Below are positions 1 to 14,731 of a stretch of DNA of 64,000 nt, piece after piece (position 1 is the stretch's first letter; each line of letters starts with the position of its first letter). The notes beneath the pieces were generated by a model. It was not told the origin of the DNA, made no database searches, and saw nothing but the letters and a program-made list of their open reading frames with translations. Made by a program: the position numbers and the translations under genes. Origin of the DNA: Bugula neritina (taxonomy: Eukaryota > Animalia > Bryozoa); the NCBI GenBank assembly GCA_964035545.1, contig OZ037765.1:4288698-4352697 (forward strand). Reading direction: 5' to 3'.

Positions 1-3000
1 TGTATTTGAATGTTTTAGTAAGTTTATCTTTTATCTAGTCATGAGTTAATATTGTTGGCACCAGATATAATTCCACAGATAGATATGAATGGATGTGTTT
101 TAATTTGGAATGCATATCAATAGCATATTGATATAACAGTAGTATTGAACTGAATTAACGAGTGCATTGACCTGCTACAATTACTTTACAACATTCTTCA
201 GTGTTGAAACCTTTCCCAAATATTCCAGAAAACTTTAAATTGTAGGCAGACAACTCCTGCCTGCGCAAATAGTACAGTCCGTTGGTAATAGTGACCGAAT
301 TTCTATGCAGCATGGAATACTATTGCATCACTTGAGTAACAATTTACCTAAAGTATTAGACAGTATTGTTTAAATATAAAACAAAAATCTCTAGTTATGC
401 AGTCTCTTGCATCTAAGAAGATGATCTTTGAGTTAGGTGCAAAGAACTACAAAACTCTACCTGCAATATATTAGTCAATAAATATAATAGTAAACTGCTT
501 GGAAAGGTTACGATGCAGATTTACATAAATTATTTGTTCAAAGGTGGTAAAAGTTGCATATATTTTAGCTCTTTAGGCAAACTTTCGAGCTGCTAGCTGT
601 GATTGTAGTAAGGTACTGTTGGCTTAGTACTTACAAGTATTGCATGATTTTTTGTCACATAGGCTTTATATTCAAAATGATTGATAATAACTGGGACTAC
701 ATGCTCTACTATAAATTCTTATAATGTTGGAAGCTGAACAAGTATCAAGTGAATTGACTGAATTAACTTGATCTGCCTAAACTCTAGATGAAAAGCAAAT
801 TATTATTGAAGAACAATAGAACTACAAACTCTTGGCCTAAAAATAATCATTTCTAAAATAATCTTAAAATTTTATAAAATTATTTATGCAATTAATTAAT
901 TAATTAAATTAATTATGACACCATAACTTATATTCTTCGAAAAAGAATGAAATGTGATGATTTGGTGTTGAGAGATTTACAATTTTCTAAATTTTTATAT
1001 GTAACAAAGTTTTATATCCCTGGTTTGCTGCATTCAAAACACACATAGCATAGATGACTGTTTAGGTAAACATCCACTTGTGCCAAAATCAACAGGATGT
1101 TAACATGATATCAGTAGTACATAGAGGAATCTGTGGGGCATAGATTGTAAAAAATGTGTCAAGAAACGACATAAAAATGTTATTCTATTTGAAGACTCTG
1201 TTTACAAAGAAAAGAGAAACTGCCGCTTTCTCTGCATGCACACTTTTTCAAATATAATAAACTGAGAATTCTCCTTTTTGACCCAACATCAGCAAGTCTT
1301 GAGGTCTTCACTGGTTTAACGATTTAAAATGTACTCAATATCAGTACATCACTCATTTGTGGTTATAATTAGAATCGGCAGGGTTAACCAATACTTCAAA
1401 CAGACATAAATTTAATATAAAAAACAGCAACATGTAACTCTACATAACCAGCACCTGCAGTTGGTCTCTCTATAGTCACTATTGTGCAACTTACTCACCA
1501 AATGAAAATACCATTCAGTAAGCAAAAACAATTATTTTATCGTAGGATTCTGTACTACTTCAAAAGATTCCTTTCATTGTGTCACTTGTGCTAATTACTA
1601 GTTACATACTTTTTATCATAATTATTGAAAATATTATGTCTATATGAAATAGAAGTGTATGGAATATGACAATATCTTGTGTATTTAAACTATCACTAAC
1701 CTAGAAAGTCCCTGGATATATTAAACACCTAAAATTAGGAATAAAAAATTAGGCAGCATAGTAGTGTTGAATTAAATTTTATAAACTGGTTTATGTAGAT
1801 TTAAATTAAATTAAACTTGGTACTTGCAGTCAATAGTTAGTATGAGCTAATGTAATTAGTCTTAAGTTTCAAGGTCACTGGTGAAAGCATATAGTTGGAC
1901 AGGACAGTCACAGTTGTTGAAGCTACAAGTTAGAAGATAAAGATGATGATTTACCTAAAGTAGTGTTATAAAGTCGAAATGTTTAATGCCTTTTATAATA
2001 GACAAAGAATAAAAATTTTAACCTCATTGCATTCAATTAGCTTGGAAATGTCAATGTTTGAGAAATAGTCATATTGTATAAAGTTTTGCTTTAAGATAGT
2101 CTATTTCTTGGCTGTAAATTACTGCAACTTTCAACTGCAGTAATAACCATGAAACAGGTTACAAACTGAACTATTCAGAGCATGGCAATAAAAATAAAGC
2201 ACAGCCATGTGCTGTTATGCTATAGATAGCTTTTCTATGCCTAGCTTATCTATGCCTGACATTGTGCAGATAGAGGTAGTATAATGGGAGCTCTGCATTA
2301 GTTGCAGCTGTACTGATTATGGCATTTTTTATAAAGGTGAACTAAAATCTGTAACATGTGTGGAAAATTTAGTGAAGATGTTGAATTAGTAGATATTTTA
2401 CTAACAATCTGTATTGTCTATTGCATGGAATTTGCATATTATACTGAATATTAATAGACAGTGCGTAAAAATCTCAGAAATGTTGACAAATTACTCATTC
2501 ATCACATCTATCAATCACAGAGGACAACATACTTATTATCTTAGTGAAGTATGACCTTTGAAACCCATTGTTGTGACTAAACTTATGAAATGAACTGATA
2601 GCTTTGGGTTCATGGTTGCAAAGTCTCAAATCTTACACTAAAGAAGGAACCATTCCTGTATTTTGATAGCATGAATGTTGCAGCCATAGTCTGTATACAC
2701 AAACACCATAACAGTTGATGTATGATTGCCGGCTCAGTGCTGCTGCATGGTTATAGTTAAAAGGCAGCTGTAACTATGAACTTGGAAGCAGTAGTGGAGA
2801 AATAGAGATGGCTTAAGTTCTGTAATTTCATTATTAAATTTTAGTTTGGGACGGGTTAAAAATCTTGCGAGAACATAACTTCTTTTGCCATATTTTTAAT
2901 CTAGGGCCCCTTCTTTTCTGAAATTCTCCATTACTGCACCTACCTCTATAACAATAAGTTTTGATAAAGTAGGAATAAAATAAATCATAATGATAATAAT

Positions 3001-3785
3001 ATGCTGCCACCAGCCCTGTATACTAGCAGCAAGCTGAAGCTCAATCTATTCCATCACTAGGATTGATTTATATAACGTTGGTAGCACCATGAGGTTAGAC
3101 TTGAACACTGCAGTAGATTTAGTGCAACATTGAGGACTGTTATAAGCCTATTTTCTCTGCTGAAAATTGCTAGTAAACTGCAATATTTTTTCTTATTATA
3201 AAAACCTTTTTCATTAAATATAGAAAGTCATTACATAAGGCTCGTAAAAGTTACTAAAACAGTGCTGTATTAATACAACTAAAATTTAATAAAATATCAA
3301 ATATGAAATAAATTTGGTAACATTTAAGGATGTATCATTTTAAAACTATATATACAAAATATTGGAAACTCTAGAAAAATAAAACAATCACTCAATCTCA
3401 TGTAGTCATAAGAATAATGAATAATTATTAGGATATATTACTGTAATTTAAATTATTATCATGATAATATGCAGGCAAACATCTAACTTAGCAAGGTGGT
3501 GCCAGCATCTTTAACATGCAGAGAAATGCTCTTGTCAATCTTATACTTATACGTTATATAGAACTGAAACCTAGAGATGTTCTAACAACAGGCACAGGCA
3601 ATGTAATATTATGATTTTTAGAACTGGTCATAACTTGGTCCATGTTATGGTCATACTCATAGTGTAAACTGTAAAGGTATACAAAAGTTTTCTCAACAAA
3701 CATCTAAACTCTAAAGTATTAAAAATTAAGAGTTTACTGCTAGTTGCCCAATTAGTTTTATCAGTTGATATTAATTTCAACTCAC

Positions 3786-3837
3786 CAATAGCCACACCCA
3801 CCACTGCACCAATAATGATATTCTTGTTTGCTCCCAT
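3786..3837 (-). CDS. First coding exon of a probable second NAALADase/GCPII-family paralog (type II signal anchor); remainder presumably left of the window
   Basis: ATG..MGANKNIIIGAVVGVAI-G|GTGAGT: 52 nt, phase-1 donor. Same length, phase and hydrophobic character as coding exon 1 of the neighbouring NAALADase gene (14680-14731). An acceptor (TCATATCAG) lies 10 nt upstream of the ATG and a donor (TAG|GTAATG) at ~4169. No downstream exon found in 1-3785. Confidence 0.5.
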
Positions 3838-5259
3838 GTTTGCTCTTCTGATATGAATGATAGAAGGAGGATCCAGTTAGATTATTTAAGATGAGTATAG
3901 ATGTCCAGGGTGGGCACAGAGCTCAAGCTTCTGATTGGCTAATTTCTATTACTTAGCGAATAGTTGCGCGCAGGTCAGTGACACTAATGGATAGATGGAC
4001 CCTATATTACACTGAGTGTGGAACTCCCAGACTAATTGAAAACGCGATGTTTCTGTGACATTATTTCTGATGAATAGTGAAGTGAAGCAATAATTATTAT
4101 ACTAGTGAAGATCATCCTTTTCTCATATAGCAAACACGTGACGTAGCTCAGTTAGTGCTGCCTCATTACCTAAACTAGATTTCTATCTTTTGGTTGGGAG
4201 TGTAAGTCAAACAGTCACCATTGGAAACATTGCGTGTTGAATATTAAGTGCCTTCTAAAATTCCCAAGCTTGCACATAGCTAGATATGTGGCTTTTGGTC
4301 TACCGAGTAGCACCATGTGTTTTATCACATGTATTAGTATTCCTATCAAACATTACTATAATTTAGAAAAAAATACATTTAAGATTCCTCCCATGGCAGT
4401 CAAGACATGCAGAGCTACGTGCAGGATTAGTTATTGTAGTTATAGGTGCAGCACGCTGATGAGTTCAAGCACTGTGCTCAATGACAGCTGTGAAACATAA
4501 TAGAATATATAATAAATAGTATATGCAATATGAATGTGTGTGTATAATCGCATTGCAAACAAAGACTACAAGTTATATTTTAGACCCATTACAATATCTC
4601 AATCTTTGCAACAAATATAATGTATAGTAACTTGATATATGATGGCAGGTAGAAAGGATACAAGCTCAGCTTGAGGAAAGTATTCATATAATATTATACA
4701 GTGGAACTTCATCATATCATATTATGCTATTAGCATACTATCACTTGAGTAGATAGCATATCACTGTATGCAACTAGTTGGTTATAAATGCATGACCACC
4801 TGTTCTCCTTTTCATCAAAGCTACCTGCATAAACTATGGCCAAATAGTTGAACTGTTTTAGTTGCTCAGGCCAGGGTAGTTTTCTACTTTGCAGGTTGAG
4901 GACATTAAAATCTCAGAAAACTTGTTGAAATATTACTTTATAATTGTATACCTGCAGTAGCTGATGCATTAATAAGCAGTTGCTTTGTAATCAAATTACT
5001 ATAGAACAGCCTGTTCAGCCAATGTTCTTATGTCTACACTCTTCTAATAAGAAAGTGTCGTATGCTATTTTTTGTTGAATTTTTATGCATCAATAAATTA
5101 GACAAAATTTGCAGCTTACAATGGCTCTATCATCCTCCAACAAAGTGTAAAGAGAATAATAAAATGTGTCTGTCGTGGTTGCATCAACGTACGGACTGCT
5201 AGACCCACTCATGGACACTATGCCACTGATTTATGCCTAGGGCAAAGCACTGTCAACAT

Positions 5260-5325
5260 CAGGGCTGTCCAACAGGCACCCCCAGGAGAGGATGTGATCT
5301 TCAGCCTACATTTATGTGGTTCTTA
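5260..5325 (+). mobile_element. Truncated left end of a hAT (Charlie/Buster-like) non-autonomous element
   Basis: CAGGGCTGTCCAAC...TTTATGTGG resembles the left terminus of the complete element at 46069; no matching right TIR seen. Confidence 0.45.
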
Positions 5326-5847
5326 CAATCATTTCAATATGCACCCCACACCGAAGCTCGCTAAAACAATTGAGGAACTAGGGCTGTTGAATTTTCTCCA
5401 ACATGCAACTAAAATTCACACCATTCTGCCATTTACTCAACTATAAAGAACAGATATGTAGAGCTTCCTATTTTCGACTTGTGGTTTGAAATGCAAATAC
5501 CATATTTCAAGGTTAAACAATTTTTAATGGCACACAATCCTGCTGGAAATAACACTATTGCATCTACTTTACTAACTTATGTACTGTTCATCATATTTAT
5601 TATGGTTACCACCTCAGCCAGGGACAGCAATGACCGGCAGGTGCATAATGTATAGCTGGGATCTCATGGACAAGCAGTTTTTTTGTGAAAATTTATTTGT
5701 TTTTCTAATCATTCCTAAATACAGGCTGACCAAAGAAATAAACATGTATTGTTTAACATTGTATGTGGTGAGGAATCACAGCTGATCTGTAGTAACAGCT
5801 GGTGTAGAGATGGTCAGCTGGTGGTTAATGTAGAGTACTGCTGTTGT

Positions 5848-8800
5848 TCACCACAAGCTTCCCAGTGCAGCACTATGAAGAGACTTGGTGGCTGACTCAA
5901 TGACGTAGATAGCCTTCGTCAGTTCATTCTACAAAACAGACAGCAACCAGTGTAACTGTTACTCTTCTTAGCTGAAACCCACCACTCATACATATCTGAA
6001 TACTACTTCAACTCTGAATGACATGAACTATTCTTGTTATGCAAATATCTAGTATTTAACACTTTTTGGTTATTTAACTAGCATTTAGTTATGAACCGGA
6101 AGTAAACATTAAAAGAAAGCTACATAAGGGTATATAAATTTAGAGCTCAAACTGTAGCTACCAACAGACCAAACTGAACCACTAACACTGTCCTTGCCGA
6201 AGCAAGTGTCAGGGGAGATAATTTACCTTGACCCGGTTCCACCCTTCGGTATCATCAGCTGCAATATCCGAGTAGAGAGAGTCAACTATACCAGGAAATG
6301 CTGTACCAGAATAGGCATTGTGCAGGCTGGGAGCAAATATCACGTGCCTATAGGATAACCAAATACCTGATTCTCCCATATTAACGGTAAATAAAGTACG
6401 CATATGGCTTTTTCAGGTATAAACCATTTTAAAAAAATTACAAAACCATCAAGTTAATGTATTTCCTAGAAATCCAAAGATGAAGTGAAATTAGAAGACC
6501 CAAGCAAGGTTATAGTTTTGCAGGAAAACTGATGTGTTGGCAGTTTTATCACTTGAGTCATATCTGTAGGTCTACAGAGAGTTGAGTAGATACAGGTTAT
6601 CACATAATCACACTTGACTTTGAAATCATTACTGCCATTAGTATTATCTTTGTTTTCCATCAGAACAATTATTTGTTTCCAGATTGCTTGTCACAATGTC
6701 ATCACATTCTAAACATCTATCTAGCACCAGGAAAGATATTTTGATTGTCTAAACAAAAGATATATTAAAAATAAACCTGAGTTACAAAACAAGGAACTTC
6801 CACACTCTATCTCACAGCTCAATACTAAGACTGCTCAACTATTAATGGGTTTAACAGATCAACTGCCCGAAGTTATTTAATTTTAATACAGAAAGTGGGA
6901 AAGGAATGCCAACTTACTTGAGGTTTGACCTTTGCAGTATACCAAGAGGAAACAGAAAGGACCTTTCAAGGTACATGAGCTGATCATTGAGCTTCCTCAC
7001 CTCATATAGACTGCAAGAAGGAAAATGTGCAGGAGAAAATAACTCCAGTATTTCACATTATTTAACTAACATAGGATGCAGAAGTTAAAAGTCAAGCAAA
7101 GTTCAAACTTACTTTGTATAATCTACACTCTTCACCTGCTGGTCAAACAACAGAGCAGTGAATTCAAACTTGTCTATCGATTTCTTCAGGTTCTCTAAAA
7201 TCAAAATGAATATTATAATAAAAAGGAGCATCACTTTTGTGTGGAATACATACTTTTATAACTTCAAAAATTATGGCTCATTACTTAATTTTTCATAGAT
7301 ACAATTTGTGTGACTTTTGTTGAGCCCGCTAATGGAGTTTTAAGTACTGAGAGAATTTCAAAATGATATTATCGCTCATTACAGTTAAATAAAAAACAAC
7401 TTGTAAGTTTATACTAATGACAAAAACCTTTATGTTACAGACTTGACTTCCAAACAGAACTTATTGAGAACAGTTATTCCGTCTCCTCATTATAACGTAG
7501 AGACACACACCTAAGGAGCCCTGAAGATTCTGAACGGACAGTCGGTTTATGATTTCCTTGTTTTCTAGAAGTTGCTTGTAAACTTCCTGAAGTCTTATGG
7601 CGTAGTCTTGCGTTACAAAAGGGATAATAATGGAGTCAGCTAGACTCCTCATCATCTCCGTGACGAATCTACTCACTGCCTGGTGGTACTTAAAGTCAGG
7701 ATCCAGGAACTTCTTCACGTTGTTGAAAGTAGCGTACGTAGTATGGTAGAGAGGGAAACCTGACTCCTGGAGGAGATAACAACGTATTAAGAGTTTATCA
7801 GAGGCAAGCTTCATGTGTTTAAAATCAGGTAAACTTCATAACTTAACTTTTGATTTTGTTGTTGGATAAATTCACCAAGGTTTTTCGTTTATCTTAAGTA
7901 CAGGAACAATTAATGACTAAAATCAGCTTTAGTGGCTTCACAGCATTCAACACATATGTTGATTTTTATAAAAAAAAAAACTTATCAATAAATTATTGGA
8001 GCTCGGCTCTGAGTATGTTGAAAAATGTATTAGGAAATATTTGGAGTTGCTTCCTATGCGTGTAGGACATGTTATTGAACTACTTCACTGCAGTATTCCT
8101 TGCATGTTTTTCTGGGGCAAAAATTTGCCGACTTTTCTCCATGCACCAATTTTGTTGAATTAATAGAAAAAAGGAATACTTTGCTTGCAGTGATCAGCTA
8201 ACTTACGTAGTTTCCCTTTCCAACAAACATGATGTCAGCAGTGGGAATCCCCAAATAATGGCAGAAACCAGCATCATCCGATCCCGCGTCTGCATCGTGG
8301 ACTCTACAATCACGTGCTGATAGTTGAAATATATACGGAGTCTTACAAACCACTGAGGAAGGCGGATTACATGCTATGGAATAGTAGAAACGCAGCATGG
8401 AAAATAACAACATATTTTTAGCCTGCTGCATGAAATACAAGAATAAATTCTAATGTACAGTTTTAGAGAACAATTACAGCCTGATTAGGACATGGCGGTG
8501 AAAGGTGAGAAAGCTATAGAGAAAAATTAATTGAATTTTAGTAGAATGCCGAGACAAATACTAGTACTATTTATGCCCGAAAGAAGCATGTGGGGAGATT
8601 CGTTGATTGCAGAGCTTAGCCTAAATTAACAAGTGGATACAACTATATGGTCTATTGGTAGCTCCACATTCTATACTATTTCTATTAAGGAGCTTGTGAT
8701 ACAGTTAGTGGCAGCACCTTGGTCTGTCTACACCAGCCACCATCTTCTCCTCCTTCAACCAGATATCATAGACACTCTCACTGGTAGAGTTCGGGTGAGG

Positions 8801-11800
8801 AACCTGCAAGTTATGTGAATAATTCTCTCCAGAAACAGCTGACTAAAGAGCTAAGGCTGTGCATCAGCAAACAAGGGACATGTAAATAGTAACTTCAGCA
8901 AATGGTAGACAGACATAAGTTTACTAGTATTATTATATAAACTATAAAGCATTATTTTTTTCACACTGACTTCATCACTATACAAGTACTGTGCTTCTAT
9001 AAGCCTGCATTTGCATTTATTAATTATCTTTTACTAGAACATCTAGTTGTACAAGGGATTTAACAGGTTGCATAAAATCACACGAGTATGCAAACATGTA
9101 AGTATAAGGTAGAGTGTAAGTATAAGGTAGAGTGTAAGTATTACAGTGTAAGTATAAGGTAGAGTGTAAGTATTACAGTGTAAGTATAAGGTAGAGTGTA
9201 AGTATAAGGTAAAGTGTAAGTATTACAGAGTAAGTATAAGGTAGAGTGTCAGTATTACAGTGTAAGTATAAGGTACAGTGTAAGTATAAGGTAGAGTGCA
9301 AGTATTACAGTGTAAGTATAAGATAGAGTGTAAGTATTACAGTGTAAGTATAAGGTAGCGTGTAAGTATTACAGTGTAAGTATAAGGTAGCGTGTAAGTA
9401 TTACAGTGTAAGTATAAGGTGGAGTGTAAGTATTACAGTGTAAGTATAAGGTACGTACAAGTTTTGCCGTCTCATAAAGCAGATTGTGGAGGAGAGGTGA
9501 GCCATCAGCACGAAACACCTCAGGAAGTAAAACTGGACTATCTAAGTTGATGTAAGCTACAGTCCTATGCTGCAATACACTTCTCAACTCCTGTATTTAT
9601 AATAAACACGGAAAAATAAAATAAATTTATACAATTTTTACAAATATAGTTGATAGTAACTTATAAGAGTTGTCTTCCTTTGCCCTCCCAACACATTTCA
9701 AGCAACAATTATGGTAATACTCTGGGCTAAACCAGTATTCACTCGTTAATCAACATTCTAAAATGCAATAATTACTCAAATATCATAAACAAAGAGATGT
9801 GAACTGCTTTTTAACACATTTCATAAAAATCAAGAAAATACAAAAAATCAACACTATGGCGCGTGAACTGCTCCATTACAACATACATCTATAATCAGTT
9901 TGTGAGCTCTGTCTAAAGTTGCGTTTATACCTTCACGATTTTCGGTCAAAATTTCAATTTGGCCGGGTTGAAATTTCTCCGAGTTGCATTGCATTGTAAA
10001 AGCCACCCGTTGAAATTTTTGTACTGCGATAACTTAATCGGCCAATTTTAGAATAAGAGTAATAACTCCTTGTAAACATCGTTATTTAGTTATTACTTTG
10101 GCGATTAAACAACGTACTTATACGGTTATAATTGCATAGCCTACGCCTTCTCAATTATCGCTTTTATGCTTTCCGCTTCACTAATTCACGACGTTTACAA
10201 AGGGCATCAAATAGCTATTATGCGAGTCAAATTTCAATTTCAGAAAGTGAGCAACCGCATCAATATGATTTCAACGAGTTTCAGCTTGACTATAAAGGGG
10301 TACCCGGACAAGCATTATTAACTTAAACCCGGTACTTTTTTCAGCAGAGGTATAAACGCAACTTAACACATCCCCTTTGATTTACACTCCCTATAAACTA
10401 TTCCAAGGCTAGCCTATTACCTCTACAAACTCATTGGAACCAATAAGGCTGTATTCCTCAGCGTCCCACAAGCAAAATATAATGGTTCTTCTCGGTCGCC
10501 AGCCTACGATAAGTTAAAACTCATTACTTAACATTTTCCAGGCTTTTATTAGTTGGCAGATTAATATTTAGATGAATACTTGGAGCTCAACACCACTCAA
10601 ATAAAAATATAGCAAAAAGAGGCGCCTTTATTTTAAACTAAACAAGCAAATATGTTATACTAGTCAATTAAATATAGATAGACACATGAAAAATTACAAA
10701 TTTTGTTTTTTTAATAAGTAGTAACAACATTGCAATATATCCAGCAGTGTAATACAACGTATAATATCCATTTACCAAAACAGTCATCTACTAACCGGTT
10801 TGTAAGAGCTTGGAGAAGACCCTGGAAGTTTCCAGAACTGAGATGGTTCCGCTGAGAGCGTCAGTAGCCCCAAACATCCACGCATCGTAGTGGTTGCCCA
10901 GCAGCACGTACCTGTCTATTAGAAAATTAGTGAATAAAACTGAGGTTATCACTCAAACAAATTTGTAGAAAACAACTCGTTTCTGTATTTAAAATATAAG
11001 TCTATCATTTATAAGTTAGAACAGTTTGGCTTGAAACACAATAATGTGGTTTGTACACAGCTTGCAGCCATCCACCCTATGACTTGTGATATGCATTAAA
11101 CTATAGCACGAAGAAAAATGAGAAACCTCTGATAACCTTTACCACACCAACTATCTTTTTAATGTGGAGTTACCCTCCCACCTTGTAGACTATACAACTA
11201 GTCATAGTTTTGCAATTTTGCACCAATAAATTGGTTTATTTCGTCCCCATTCCCGCACACTTTTGCTAAATTTTGAAGCAATTTCCTTTCTTACCTGGTT
11301 CTACAGCACCTTCTATTATACCAAATAAGTTGGCTATATCTCTTCTCTCTTCTTTATTGTTGTTTGTAATTCTTATTGTTCTGCATTAGAAAACGAACAC
11401 AAATATTAGCCTCTACATCCAACCATAACCCAGGAATACGTTGCATGTATTAATTCTGTTAACTTTCAATGAACATGACACACTTAGAGGATACAAAGGG
11501 TTACCTGCCCCCTTGGAGTTGTCCGCCTAGCCTGTACTCCACTCCTTTAATGCTACCTTTCCAGCCGACCAGAGTATCGGCGGTATTATCTGGTATATCA
11601 TTAAGAAGTAGAAGGAACTCCTTGCCATCCTCATAGCCCATTGGCTGAGTAGGGATTCTCCTCAATACACCCTCATCTCTCACCTCTCCAACTGTACGTC
11701 TGATTGTGTAATCTGAACAAGTATATACACAGGTCAGTTATCTTTCTCCTACTACTCAAAAAGATGTGAAATTGTGATGCAATACATGGGAGTTTCCCCA

Positions 11801-14731
11801 ATTGTACTTGGCAACAAATCTGCTGAAAATGTGCAGTGTAACACTCATTGTGTAAATAAGCAGAACAATTTGCTCCTCTAAGTCTAATAAGATACTAAAA
11901 TCACACTTTTAGAAGGGAAGCCAGGAGTTAGTGGGTCTCCATTATAGCCAGTCATCATAGAGCCCCGCTGGGCACCGCTTGGGGGCAGAAATCGAGTGTG
12001 TGGATACGTCCCCTCATATGTAGCATTTGTTTCAGAGGGAAGGGCGTAGTCATACGGGTCGTTGTAAATTATGACACCAACGGCCCCATGTTGCTCAGCC
12101 AGTCTTACCTAGACAGATGGGTTGCGCATAAAATTTTTGGCTAAAAGGCTCAAGCAGCGATAAACACAACTGAATTGGAAGACTACAACAAACCTTCAAT
12201 AATAAGTCAACATTTCAGTTATTACATTTAGATGAAAAAGCAATACTTGTTAATTTTAATTTTCTTGTACCTTATTACCCCTGAATATTTTTCCATATCT
12301 GCATATAATGATGGAGCCATTCATGGATATTCTTCCCTGAACCTGTTTGAAGTCTTGATCAGTGCAATAGTTGAGATAGAATACCTTACTGCTCTGAAAC
12401 AAGAATATTCAAACTAAAACCTTGTGTACAGGAAGACCATCAAGTGTTGACACCTGAAAATACTGCATACTTGACAATGAGCCTGCAACTACTCGCTTGC
12501 AATTTCTCCAGATGAGAGAATCAATTTTTTGGCAAGTAGCCAGATAGAACTGTTGCGCTATTTTCTACAAAACTGCATAAAACTCAGTCTAAACTGAGTG
12601 CAATTAAAAGGCAGATCCTGAAACATTACAACTTATAACTGGCAGTAGTGCTAAGTAAGCATTCAGTTTGTTTTCGACGTCTTCAATTTTTTCTGGTAAA
12701 ATTACTAAATTGCTTTCACCCCACAGCACACAAATATTTTCCTTGTGTTGAGTGGAAAAATAATAAGTAATAAGGTGTGATAACACAGATCCAAGGAACT
12801 ACAGAGTATCACAACACAACAATGTTAAAATTTAGCAAATTATTAGCCAATTTATAATATGGTAGATTCCTGGTACGCAAAAGCAAAGTTTACATGGTTC
12901 AGATTTTGATACTGAGAAACAGTTATATGCAAAAAAGCAGCTGCTTAGTATATTAACTGACTTGTAGGTTTGATTTGTGTTCAATTTAAAGCGAAATAAG
13001 ATTCACATGTATGTGTAACTGTGTATATCTTCAATAGTTACCTCAACCGTTCCACTCTTTGCATAGGCATTGAAAGGGGGGATAACCTTTGCAGTTTCTT
13101 GATCTGGGTCCAGTATTTTCTCTTCTGTCTGACACGTGTATATGGCCGAACGGTTTGAAGCTATAATTTCTGCCTGGAATTAAATTATTTGGAATTAAAC
13201 TGTAATTATGATGAAAATGTTCTTCGGTAACAAAAAATTTCCCTTTATATATTAGTATACATTTGTTATATGATGCTACTTTAATCTATGCAAAGATTTC
13301 AAACAACTTTAGATGAATGTCCAGTCATAATTACTCCTTTGCCACCATAATGAAAAAGTCCTTAAACGGCTTTTAAAAAATAACATCTCCAACAGAGATT
13401 CTCACAGCTAAGCCTACGCAAGTGATACATGTATCATGACAGTTCTGGATAGCTAGATATCTTCTACTGCACTCGCTTACCTTGTTTCTGTTGTTTTTAT
13501 CTCCAGGATATGAGAGCAGCACATTGTAGATGTCTCGTTGCGTCCTGAAACCGTAACTTTTCCACCTCTCCTCTACCAAGTCGGCTATAGCCCTATTCTC
13601 CGCTGAGCCTGCCAGATGGGGCTTCGAACTTAAATTCCTGAAGAAGTCAACAGCTTACATGATCAACTACATTCTATTGTAAAAATAACTTATTTATCCA
13701 AGATCTTTTTACCAAAACTTGTGCAAGCCTTAACTTCAGCAATCTACTACAATCTTACACACTACAAGTTCAGTGCGGATTACGAGAAAGTTGCTAGATA
13801 CCTGAGAGTGGTTTCAAGCTCTACAGTGGATGTCCAGTCAAAAAGGAGTTGCCTGTGCTCAGTAGCTTGCTGAGCATCCGGATTATGTTGATTTGGCTGG
13901 CTGGGAGATGGTGGGTGGTTGTGATTGGCTGAAGAACTAGATCCTACCGCGGTAGGCTTTGTGGCAAAATGTCCTATCAAGCCCCCCAATAGTAGGCCTA
14001 TAGACAGTTCAAGTCTTGATTGGGTTGATAAGTGATGAAAAATAGACAGTAAAGGGATTTGTGTAGTCATTTATACAGAAGTTACCGATCAAATGTTCAT
14101 AGTGCTTTCTTTCAAGGTAATAAAAAATTTCTTTCAAGGTGATAAAAAATTTCAAACTGTAGCAATGAGACCCTTATAACTCATAATTTCACATGCTGAA
14201 GACATAGTAATAGCTTCAGTATACGGCCATCTATTGACATGTGATTTAATAAATGAAGGTTGTTTCTGAATTTTGAAAAGTAGTCACTCTGTGAACTTAG
14301 TGTTATGTGTATGGCTTTGCATTAAGCAGTCATATAAACTGTTATGCATACACTATATTCTATATTATAGTCTTGAAGATGTGTGTTCTGTAACTAGGTG
14401 CGTTTGCGAAATAAAGATATATTATTGAACTTTACATATATTATTATTACCAAACTTAGCAGGTGAAACTAGTTTCATACAAAAGTAGAAGTTCTCCAAT
14501 ACATGGCATTAATAACATGCAAGACTATTTTACTCAAAGCTTGAGGTTCAAAAAAGTAAAGAAAATGATGTCTCATGAAAATATAAGGAAGTACAACCAA
14601 ACTTTTTAATTACATTTTTGACTTAAATGATATTAACTTGTTTTAAGTTTACTAAGTTGCTTCTAATTAGACTGTTTACCTGCAGCTAGACTTCCTGCAC
14701 CAATCAATATGAAGAGGCTCCGAGTTTTCAT
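5848..14731 (-). CDS. Glutamate carboxypeptidase II / NAALADase-like M28B metallopeptidase, ~768 aa, 18 coding exons
   Basis: Exons (GT-AG, phases consistent): 14731-14680, 13997-13802, 13637-13481, 13173-13042, 12393-12271, 12108-11907, 11712-11505, 11380-11295, 10915-10796, 10503-10421, 9590-9459, 8803-8718, 8303-8207, 7766-7511, 7194-7113, 7010-6918, 6347-6227, 5928-5848. N-terminal TM anchor; motifs [75 protein letters not shown]. Confidence 0.93.
9097..9451. repeat. Minisatellite of 18-bp (GTAAGTATAAGGTAGAGT) and 14-bp (GTAAGTATTACAGT) units in NAALADase intron 11
   Basis: Direct inspection; begins within ~7 nt of the exon 11 donor (9458). Confidence 0.9.
9917..10363. mobile_element. 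PIF/Harbinger (Tourist-like) MITE, 447 bp
   Basis: Perfect 16-bp TIRs AGTTGCGTTTATACCT (9917-9932) / AGGTATAAACGCAACT (10348-10363), flanked by TAA target-site duplication (9914-9916, 10364-10366). Confidence 0.85.
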
